DNA of 64,000 bases from an uncultured Eubacteriales bacterium (GTDB lineage: Bacteria; Bacillota; Clostridia; Oscillospirales; Oscillospiraceae): NCBI GenBank assembly GCA_900319635.1, contig ONPF01000014.1, positions 21,009 to 85,008 on the forward strand, in the 5' to 3' direction. The notes under the pieces were generated by a model. That model saw only the letters and a program-made list of their open reading frames with translations, did not search any database and had not been told where the DNA came from. A program made the translations under genes and the position numbers. Below, piece by piece: positions 43,405 through 51,900 of this stretch (positions are counted from its first letter, which is position 1; each line of letters opens with the position of its first letter).

Positions 43405-44190
43405 ATGGTGTCGCCTCCGGCGACGGATTGAGATTCGGGGAGCGTGGGGGAAACGTTCGTTCGCTCCGTAGGGGCGACCCTTGTGGTCGCCCGTTTCCCC
43501 CGTAGGGCCGAGCATTGCTCGGCCGCTTGTCGGACACGGGCGCAGGTCGGCGGGCGATTCGTGAATCGCCCCTACGGGGGAACCTCCGTCCGCGCCGTAG
43601 GGGCGGGTAATACCCGCCCGCTTGTCCGTTCGCTGCGTAGGGGCCGGCGCCCTCGACGGCCCGTTTGTCGGACATGGGCGCAGGTCGCGGACACGGCTTT
43701 GTGCTTCCCCCAGCGGGGGAAGCTCCCGCGTAGCGGGTGATGAGGGAGAAGCCTGCCGCAGCGGTTGAGATGGTCTATAAGGGAAGCCTCTCCCTCATCC
43801 GTCAGCCGCCTTCCGTGAGACGGCGGCCGCCACCTTCCCCCGCTGGGGGAAGGACTGAGGCGGGCCGCTTGTCGGACGCCGGCGCATGTCGGCGGAGCGA
43901 TTCGGCTATCGCCCCTACGGGGAACCCCTTCCTTCAGCGGCGGGCGTTACACGCCGCTGACACCTCCGCCTTGCGGTGCCCGAAAAACGCTGCGCACATT
44001 CGTTTGCTTGTGTTTTTCGACCGCTGCGGAAATTCCGGCTTCGCTTCATCTGCCACTGGCAGCGCGAAGCCGCAATTCCCCCGGAGGGGGAGGCAAGGCG
44101 CACTGGCCTTGCAATAACACGGGGTTTTGGGTTTATCTGCATATTGACAGCTCCCGCAGCCGAGAGGCGGCGGGAGCTGCTTTTTTTACT
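43405..44190. repeat. Hairpin forest: about 20 consecutive GC-rich stem-loops with internal ~62-nt repeat units
   Basis: Example stems: 43472..43492, 43506..43524, 43553..43570, 43601..43619, 43703..43723, 43739..43799, 43833..43853, 43934..43960, 43981..44019, 44093..44112, 44148..44187. The units 43523..43584 and 43865..43926 are related. Confidence 0.75.
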
Positions 44191-45274
44191 TCTTTACAAA
44201 GGTGACAGTTCCCACAGACTCCTTGTCCCAGTCGAGGAAGGTAACGGTGAGGGTGTCGCCCGCTTCTCCCTGTCCCTGGCTGTACGCAGCGAAGAAGCTG
44301 CCGTCCTCCCGAAGTCCCAGGCCGCCATTGCCATGAAACTCCATCCCCTCCACGCGCAGGGTCATGAAATCTGCCTCGGCAAAGTCGTCGGTGGGCACTC
44401 CCGTGAGACGCAGGCTGATCCCGAGGGGCGTCCGTTCCAGCCGAAGCTCGCCCAGCTCCAGTCCGGGTATTGCCTTCGGATCCTCCGGCGCATAGACGCC
44501 GAGGAGTGTACCCACTCCCTCCGACATGGTGAGGGGGATCTCCAGACGCTGGATAGCCGCCGGATCATATTCCAGATTCAGATTGCCCGGCTCGACAATT
44601 TGCGCGTTGATCTGGCAGACTGTCTCGATCACCGGAGCGGAAACACTCTTGGTTGCCTCCAGATACAGCACCATCTCTCTGTCAGAGAGATACACCGCAT
44701 GCTGTCCAAAACTTTCAACGCCCAAGTTCTCCCACGGGAGACTCGCCCCCACAAAGAGGAGCTTGCGCTCCTGCCCGAGGGCATATTCCTCCAGTGTGCC
44801 TTCTCCTTCAAGCCCGATGCTCTGCAGCTCAGTGAAGGGATCCTCACTGCTGTCAGCCAGGACATAGCCCTCGTCCGCCGTGACGCTCAGGGTCAGCAGA
44901 ATGGTGTTCTCATCACAGTAGCTCTCGGTTATCCGCGCCTGGAAGCCCTCGCCCTCGGCTGTTTCCTGCCGGGTCTCGATCACCGCCTGCGCCTCCTGGG
45001 GCATCTCACCACGGTTGGGGTTTGCGTACAGCTCCCGAAGACCGAACAGGTTCAGCGCGTAGGCCGTCGCCGCCAGCGCCAGCACGAGACAGGCCGCGAG
45101 AGCCAGGGCGATCCCTCGACGTACCATGACAGGGTGGTTTTCCAAATGATTCTTCTTCATTTTCTTGTTCCTTTCCGGGATCCGGCTTCGCTCAGCAGCC
45201 CGGAACTCCATCGCCTCCGCGATCAGCTCCTCGTCGATTCCGGTCAGGGCATTGGATACCAGCTTGCGATTCAT
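44186..45274 (-). CDS. Putative single-pass anti-sigma factor with large extracytoplasmic domain
   Basis: Its start shares an ATGA overlap with the ECF sigma gene's stop. It has one TM segment (IALALAACLVLALAATAYAL). No family was recognised for the C-terminal ~270 aa. Confidence 0.65.
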   Translation of the reverse strand: MNRKLVSNALTGIDEELIAEAMEFRAAERSRIPERNKKMKKNHLENHPVMVRRGIALALAACLVLALAATAYALNLFGLRELYANPNRGEMPQEAQAVIETRQETAEGEGFQARITESYCDENTILLTLSVTADEGYVLADSSEDPFTELQSIGLEGEGTLEEYALGQERKLLFVGASLPWENLGVESFGQHAVYLSDREMVLYLEATKSVSAPVIETVCQINAQIVEPGNLNLEYDPAAIQRLEIPLTMSEGVGTLLGVYAPEDPKAIPGLELGELRLERTPLGISLRLTGVPTDDFAEADFMTLRVEGMEFHGNGGLGLREDGSFFAAYSQGQGEAGDTLTVTFLDWDKESVGTVTFVKK

Positions 45275-45861
45275 GCCATCATCCCCTCCTTTTTCAAATA
45301 ATCCTGCAAACGTTGGCGCAAGCGGAAAAGACGCACAGACAGGGCGTGGGGCTTTCTCCCCGTGGCAGACGCGATCTCGGAGATGGAGTCCCCAAACCAA
45401 TAGCGGCGCAGGAACAGCACCCGATCATCAGGCTCCAAGCTGCGGAGAAATTGGTTTACATAACCCGTCAATTCTCTTGCCTCGTACTCGGTCTCCACAT
45501 TGGAGAGCGCCGGCACGGTCTCCTCCAGCTCGTCCAGCGCCACGTCATAAAAGGTGTTGCGCTTTTTTGCGCTGTTGGAGCGATAGCGGTTGATGGCCAG
45601 ATTCCGGGCGATTTTGCAAGCGTAGGCGCCCAGGTGTTCCGGCTGCCCGGGCGGAATGCTGTTCCAGACCTGCAGGCAGGTGTCGCTGGCGCACTCTTCC
45701 GCATCCTGCCGATCCCGCAGAACATGGTCGGTCACCTGGCGGATCTGTCTGCCGTATTTTCGATTCAGTTCCTCGATCGCCTCTTCCGAGCGTTGCCGGA
45801 ACAGGGCGACGATCTCTTGATCTTTCAAAACTGTACCTTCTTTCCCCGGGAAGTGATGCAT
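45271..45861 (-). CDS. ECF-type RNA polymerase sigma-70 family factor
   Basis: Region 2 (DAEECASDTCLQVW..YACKIARNLAINRYR) and region 4 (ISEIASATGRKPHALSVRLFRLRQRL). Confidence 0.85.
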   Translation of the reverse strand: MHHFPGKEGTVLKDQEIVALFRQRSEEAIEELNRKYGRQIRQVTDHVLRDRQDAEECASDTCLQVWNSIPPGQPEHLGAYACKIARNLAINRYRSNSAKKRNTFYDVALDELEETVPALSNVETEYEARELTGYVNQFLRSLEPDDRVLFLRRYWFGDSISEIASATGRKPHALSVRLFRLRQRLQDYLKKEGMMA

Positions 45862-45909
45862 CCTTTTCCCCTTGCATCTATATAGTCGAAAACGGGGAGG
45901 AAATATCTC

Positions 45910-46024
45910 ATACTAATACCTGATAGAAAGCTTTAGAAAGATTTCCGAGGCAGAATTGTGACAGGCGAGGCGCTTCCCGCAGAGCATAATGGAGATATAT
46001 GGTCAATCTATTAGGTGTTAGTAT
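45910..46024. mobile_element. MITE-like repeat, copy C (115 bp, inverted relative to copy A)
   Basis: Ends atactaatacctgatagaaa / tctattaggtgttagtat. Its 72-nt interior is identical to the reverse complement of 12746..12817. Confidence 0.6.
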
Positions 46025-46034
46025 CAGAGGCGCA

Positions 46035-46064
46035 AAAAACCGCTGTCTTGCGACAGCGGTTTTT
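46035..46064. terminator. Bidirectional terminator after the ispH-S1 gene
   Basis: aaaaaccgctgtc-ttgc-gacagcggttttt. Confidence 0.85.
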
Positions 46065-46079
46065 GCAGTTCGGAACGGA

Positions 46080-48146
46080 TTACGCCTCGGTCTCGCCCTC
46101 GGGGGCGATGCCGGTGGCGGTGCCGTCGGCAGAGACCTCATAGACCAGAGCGTCCTCGCGGGCCTCTTCCTTCTCCTCCTCCACGGGAGCCTTCTCCACG
46201 GGGGCGGGCTCGCTCAGCGCGCGGATGGACAGGGAGATCTTGTGCTTCTCCTGGTCGATGGCGGTGATCTTGGCGTCCACCACGTCGCCCACGGTCAGCA
46301 CGTCACCGGGCTTGCCGATGCGGCGGTTGGCGATCTGGCTGATGTGGATCAGGCCGTCCACGCCGGGCAGAACTTCCGCAAAGGCGCCGAAGTCCATGAG
46401 CTTGACGATGGTGACGGGGGCAATGTCGCCCACCTGGTACTTGTTGGTGAACTGGGTCCAGGGGTTGCCGTTGGGATCCTTGTAGCCCAGGGAGATCTTG
46501 CGCTTCTCCCGGTCGAAGTTGATGACGTAGACCTCGATCTCGTCGCCCACGGAGACGACCTCGGAGGGCTGGTGGATGCGGCCCCAGCTCAGCTCGGAGA
46601 CGTGCACCATGCCGTCGATGCCGCCGATGTCCACGAAGGCGCCGTAGCTGGTCAGAGACTTGACCACGCCCTTGTAGTGCTTGCCGATCTCGATGTTGTT
46701 CCAGATGGCCTCGGTGCGCTCGCGGCGCTCGGCCTGGGCCACGCGGCGGATGGAGCCCACCACGCGCTTGCGGGCCTTGTTGACCTCGGTGATCTTGAGA
46801 CGCACGGTCTTCTTCAGCAGCTGGCTCATCTCAGCATCGCGGGGCAGGTCGGTCTGGGAAGCGGGCACGAACACGCGCACGCCCTTGACAGAGACGACCA
46901 CGCCGCCCTTGTTCTCCTCGGTGACAACGCCTTCCATCACGGTGCCGTCTTCCACGGCGGCCTCGACCTCGTTCCAGATCTTGGCGGCGTCCAGACGCTT
47001 CTTGGACAGGGTGACAACGCCGTCCACATCGTTCACGCGAACCACAACGGCCTCCAGGGTGTCGCCGACCTTGACGGCGTCTTCCAGCTTGGTGCCGTCC
47101 TCGGTGAACTCCTCGGTGGGGATGATGCCGGTCTGCTTGGTGCCGAGATCCACGCTGATCTCGGTGCCGGTGATCGCCACGACGGTGCCGCTGACCTTAT
47201 CTCCATTATAGATAGGCTTGAGGCTCTCCTCCAGCATTTCGTCGAAGGTCATTTCCTTCTCAACTGCGGGCTCCTCTACCTTGATTTCTTCATTTTTGAT
47301 TTCGTCCATTTTGTTTCTTACCTCCTTAATGATCCACGCGGGGGTGGACGCTCCGGCCGTCAGCCCGACGGTATCAGCGCTCCTGAGCCTGTCCAGCTCC
47401 AACTCCGCCGGACCTTCGATGAACTGGACATGGGCGCAGTGCTCGCCGCAGATCTGGGCGAGATGGACGCTGTTTGCGCTGTGCCTGCCGCCGATGACGA
47501 CCATCGCATCGCACGAAGCGGCAATTTTCGCCGCCTCTTCCTGCCGCGTAAACGTAGCAAGGCATATTGTATCATGGATTTTCGCATTTGTACATCTTTT
47601 TTTTAGGATTTCGCAACATTCGGTAAAATTACTGCGCGTCTGGGTGGTTTGCACCACGACAGTTATCGGTTTCTCCAAAAGATCCGGGTTTTCTTCCAGA
47701 AAAAGGCTGGTTTCCGCCGGATTTTCCAGCACCCGATGCTCTTTGCACCAGCCGCAGATGGCCTCCACCTCCGGGTGACGGCGCATGCCGATGATGAGCA
47801 CGAAGCGCCCCTCCCGGGCGGCGCGGGAGACGATGGTGTGGATGGCCTTGACCTTGGGGCAGGTGGCGTCGGTGACCTGGGCGCCGGCCTTCTCCAGGGC
47901 GGCATAGACCTCCGGCGCGGCCCCGTGGGCGCGGATCAGCACCGCCTCCCCCGGCCGCAGCTCCTCCGGTGTATTCACCACGCGCATGCCCTTTGCCTCC
48001 AGGGCGCGCACCACGTCCTCGTTGTGGATGAGCTGCCCCAGGCTTGCGCAGTGTCCCTTCTCCCGTATGAGCCCCTCGGCCAGCTCCACGGAGCGCTGCA
48101 CCCCGAAGCAGAAGCCCGCGCTCTCGGCTACGATCAGCTCTCTCAC
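46080..48146 (-). CDS. ispH: Bifunctional 4-hydroxy-3-methylbut-2-enyl diphosphate reductase / ribosomal protein S1 fusion
   Basis: N-terminal IspH (GFCFGVQRSV, HNEDVV, three Cys ligands), then four S1 OB-fold repeats (..G.V..L..FGAFV..G..GL.H.S..). Confidence 0.9.
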   Translation of the reverse strand: MRELIVAESAGFCFGVQRSVELAEGLIREKGHCASLGQLIHNEDVVRALEAKGMRVVNTPEELRPGEAVLIRAHGAAPEVYAALEKAGAQVTDATCPKVKAIHTIVSRAAREGRFVLIIGMRRHPEVEAICGWCKEHRVLENPAETSLFLEENPDLLEKPITVVVQTTQTRSNFTECCEILKKRCTNAKIHDTICLATFTRQEEAAKIAASCDAMVVIGGRHSANSVHLAQICGEHCAHVQFIEGPAELELDRLRSADTVGLTAGASTPAWIIKEVRNKMDEIKNEEIKVEEPAVEKEMTFDEMLEESLKPIYNGDKVSGTVVAITGTEISVDLGTKQTGIIPTEEFTEDGTKLEDAVKVGDTLEAVVVRVNDVDGVVTLSKKRLDAAKIWNEVEAAVEDGTVMEGVVTEENKGGVVVSVKGVRVFVPASQTDLPRDAEMSQLLKKTVRLKITEVNKARKRVVGSIRRVAQAERRERTEAIWNNIEIGKHYKGVVKSLTSYGAFVDIGGIDGMVHVSELSWGRIHQPSEVVSVGDEIEVYVINFDREKRKISLGYKDPNGNPWTQFTNKYQVGDIAPVTIVKLMDFGAFAEVLPGVDGLIHISQIANRRIGKPGDVLTVGDVVDAKITAIDQEKHKISLSIRALSEPAPVEKAPVEEEKEEAREDALVYEVSADGTATGIAPEGETEA

Positions 48147-48823
48147 GCCTGCGCCTCCATCCGCTCCCGGATGATGCGGCAGAGGAGCCGGAAGCTCTCC
48201 TCAAAGTCGATCTCCGTGGTGTCCACCAGCACCGCGTCCTCCGCCCGGCGCAGGGGGGCGACCAACCGGTTCATGTCCTGCTCGTCCCGCTGGACGATCT
48301 CCCGCAGCACCTCTTCAAAGCTCTGCTCCACGCCCTTGGCCGCGAGCTCCTTCATCCGGCGCTCCGCCCGGGCCTCGGCGCTGGCGGTGAGATAGATCTT
48401 CAGCGGCGCGTCGGGCAGCACCACGGTGCCGATGTCCCGGCCGTCCATGATGACCCGGTGCTCCCGGGCCAGACGGCGCTGGGTCTCCATCAGATAGTCC
48501 CGCACGGCGGCGTGAGCCGACACATCGGAGGCGCAGAGGGAGATCTCCGGCAGGCGGATTTCCCGGGAAACGTCCTCGCCGTTTAGGAACATGCGCTGCT
48601 CCCCGTCCTCGTAGCGGAGCGCAATGTCCAGCTCGGGCAGGATCGCCGCCACCTGGGCCTCGTCTTTCCGGTCAATCCCCCGACGCAGGGCGGCCAGACC
48701 CACCGTGCGGTAGATGGCGCCGGTGTCCACATACAAAAAGCCCAGCTCCTGGGCGCAGCGGCGCGCCAGACTGCTCTTGCCCGCCCCGGAGGGGCCGTCG
48801 ATGGCGACTGCGAAATTGTTCAT
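48143..48823 (-). CDS. cmk: Cytidylate kinase
   Basis: IAIDGPSGAGKSS P-loop and DTGAIYR. It has a 4-nt overlap with ispH. Confidence 0.95.
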   Translation of the reverse strand: MNNFAVAIDGPSGAGKSSLARRCAQELGFLYVDTGAIYRTVGLAALRRGIDRKDEAQVAAILPELDIALRYEDGEQRMFLNGEDVSREIRLPEISLCASDVSAHAAVRDYLMETQRRLAREHRVIMDGRDIGTVVLPDAPLKIYLTASAEARAERRMKELAAKGVEQSFEEVLREIVQRDEQDMNRLVAPLRRAEDAVLVDTTEIDFEESFRLLCRIIRERMEAQA

Positions 48824-48856
48824 GTTCTCTCTCCTTCTGCCGTTTTTCCGTTGTGT

Positions 48857-48885
48857 ATTGTACTGACTTTTTCCCGGTCTGTCAA
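48857..48885 (-). promoter_or_regulatory. Putative cmk-ispH promoter
   Basis: Minus strand TTGACA-17nt-TACAAT. Confidence 0.5.
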
Positions 48886-48886
48886 G

Positions 48887-48920
48887 GAGACGCGGCGAAG
48901 GTCTCCCCTCGCCGCGTCTC
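48887..48920. terminator. Hairpin after the giant surface-protein gene
   Basis: 12-bp stem gagacgcggcga/tcgccgcgtctc. The T-tract is weak. Confidence 0.55.
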
Positions 48921-48960
48921 TTTGCCTGTATGGTGCCTGTATGGATTTATTCCTCTGATG

Positions 48961-51900
48961 TCAGTAAATCTCCACTTCCTCGCCCTTGAGGTAGCGCTGC
49001 AGGCGGGTCAGATCCTTGTTGTTGACCTTGCCGTCGCCGTTCACGTCCAGCGCGGCCTCCACAACCTCCGTCTCCTCGCCCTTGAGATAGCGCTGCAGGC
49101 GGGTCACATCCTTGTTGTTGACCTTTCCGTCGCCGTTGATGTCGCCGGGGATGTGGTCGGGCTCCAGCCCGGTGACCACCTTCTGATTCACGTCGATCCG
49201 CAGCAGGCCGCCCAGGGTGCCGCCGCTGTACTCCGCATAAGTTCCATTCTCCGTGCGGGTGCCGTTGCAATAGGCGTCCAGCAGGATCGGGTTCTCCGTG
49301 AGATCCAGGCTCGCCAGGCTGTTGCCGTAGCAGGAGAGGGTCTTCAGCTCTTCAAAGTACTTCAGGCCGCTTAAGCTCCCGATGGACTTGTTGGACACGT
49401 CCATGCTCGTCACCGCCTGGCGCTCCGCCCGGGAGAGCCAGCCGTCGCCGTCCAGGTCGATCTGCTCCAGGATGTAGGCGCGGAAGTTTGCGTCCGGGAA
49501 GGTGGTCTCGTCGATGGGCAGGAGCTTTTCAAAGACGGCGTAGAGCGCGTTGTCCACGAAAATGCCGATGTCCATCTCCGGGTTGCCGCTGTCCTCGCCG
49601 GGGCTGCCGCCGTAGGCGTCCTCCCAGTGGTCGAAGCGGTAGCCTTCCGCCGCCCGGGCACGGACGGTGATCCAGGTGCCGTAGGGGTAGCTGCCGGACT
49701 GCTCAAGCTGGAAGTCCCCGTCGTTGAAATCCACCAGGCCGCCCACGTCCTCGTTGCCCTCCAGATCCTTGACGCCCAGAATGATCGTCGGATTCCTGTC
49801 GGTGATCTGCACGTCCTGGGCGGGATCGCCGGTTTCGGGGTCGATAACGGTGCCGCCGCTGACGGTGCCGTTCTCCGGCATGCGGATGAAGTGGGTGTCG
49901 GGATAGCTGATGGAGCCGGCCTCAACGGCCTGGATGTTCCCATAGGCGGTCATGCCGCCGTTCTGGATGTTCAGCGCGCCGGTGCAGATGAGACCGATGT
50001 CGTTTCGGGAGCTGGCCCAGAGGGTGCCGCCCACCAGCCGCACCTCGCCGCCGCCCTGGAGGCCGGCCTCGCCGGCAGCGGTGAACAGATCGCCCGCCAC
50101 GATCACGGTGCCGCGGCAGTCCACGCCGATGCCCTCATCGGTCTCGACCCGCAGGGAGCCCAGGAAGACCCGGAGGGTGCCGCCCACGCCCACGCCCACC
50201 TGGGTGGTGTTGTGGACCTTCACATTGCCGGACACGCTCAGGTCGCCGGCGGCGTAAATGCCGTGGAGCCAGGCGTAGATCACAAAGTCCCCGTCCAGGG
50301 TCAGATTGCCGCCGCAGCTGATGCCGCCCCGGAGACTGTCGTCCAGAAGCACGCCGCTGCCGGTGACGGTCAGATCGCCGCTGGCGGTGATGCTGAAGAG
50401 CCTGGTGAGGTCGGGATCGACGGTGTCCTGGCCCAAAACGCCGATGCTGCCGGTGTAGCCCTCCAGATGCAGCGTGCAGGTATCCGGGTCATAGCTGGCC
50501 TTGCCGCCCAGGACGGGAATGTCGTCCTTGTTGTCCGCGTTGACCTGGACGCTGCCCAGATAGACGTCATAGCGCTCCGGGCCGAAGCGGTAGATCATGG
50601 TGCCGATGCGGCCGGAGGGGGTGTGGAACTCCAGATCGCCGTAGATATTGCCGCAGCGAAGCACCCGGGCCGTGCCGTCGTCATAGAAGTCGATGTAAAT
50701 ATCGTTGCTCCCGTCGTCGTCCAGATCCCGCTCAAGCCTTGTGCCCGCCTCATGCTCGCCGAAGAGCCAGAGCGCGTCTTTGGCGTTCATCTCGTGGACG
50801 CCGTCCTCCAGCTCGAAGATATAGGTCTCCTGGGGCAGCAGCTCGCCGGTGACACTCACGTCCTTTGCGGGCATGGCGAAGCCCCAGGTGAGCTCCGTGA
50901 GCTGTTTGAGCTCCACATCGTCGCTGGTCACATTGGCCAGATACACGCCCTCCGGCTGGGTGGTGATGTCAGCGCGCACCACCACATAGTCCCCCGGACG
51001 GGCGCTGGTGACCTCCACATCGTTCAGGCGGAACTTGACGTAGCTGCCGCTGAGCTGGTAGCTCTCGGTGGGGATCTCGATGCTCTCGGTGTGGAGCCAG
51101 AGAGAGCCGTCGGTCGTAAGGTACTCCGTGGTGAAGGACAGGCCGTTGCGCAGCGTCACCTGGGTGTCCGCGGTGAGCGCGTAGCCCTGGTCCGCGTGCA
51201 TGCGGACAGTGGCGTAATAGACGCAGCCGGGCTGGAAGCTGGCAGTCACGCTGTCCTTGGCGCCGGTGGCCTGGTCGGCGCCGTTCTTCCACAGGGTGTA
51301 CATCTCGCCCACATGCGGCGTGTAGAAGGTGGCCCAGAGTCTGCTCTCGGCCTCGAAGCTGCTGCCCAGCTCCGGCAGATCCAGGGACAGCTCCACGCTG
51401 TCGATCTCCGTCTCCGGCAGCGTGATAAAGTTGGAGGTGAGGACCAGATTGCCGTCACTCCGTTTGTAGGGGGTAACCTCCCCGAATCTGCTGTCCATGC
51501 CGGTGCCGTCGCTGAAGAGGAGGAAGGCGCCGGGATTGTCGCCAAAGCACCAGCCGGGATTCGGAGCCAGGATGATCTCCACGCAGTACTGCTCACCGGG
51601 GACGAAGCTGCTCGGCGTCCCGACCCCGTGCTCCTGGAGCTCATACCAGCGGGCGCTCACCACCGTGTACTTGGAGGTGTTGACCGCGTTGAGCGTGACG
51701 GTGGCGGGGGCCAGGCCGCTGTAATTCCCGCCGGGGGCAGGAAGCTGCACGTTCAGATCCACCGTGGAGCAGGTCACGGGCTCGTCCGCAAGGGCGAAGA
51801 AGGCATGGACATATACGTCGCCGGGCTCATCCGCCACATAGAACTCCAGACTGTCGGTGATATCCTCGCCGACCTGCTCGGAATCGCGTGCTGCGGTCAT

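Noticed and set aside
43403-44142. ORFs of 75-126 aa inside the hairpin forest (for example 43403..43675, 43444..43740, 43737..44117, 43915..44142).
   Set aside because: Their translations are Arg/Pro/Gly-rich strings produced by reading through palindromic GC stems. They overlap in several frames, and none has an RBS or a recognisable family.
43405-44190. Possible CRISPR array, because short repeated GC-rich palindromes recur.
   Set aside because: There is no constant repeat length and no regular repeat-spacer period. The repeated words differ from one another, and no cas genes are in the window.
48924-48944. Direct repeat gcctgtatgg x2 just downstream of the giant gene.
   Set aside because: It is only two 10-nt copies, with no further occurrences noticed. 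That is too little to interpret.
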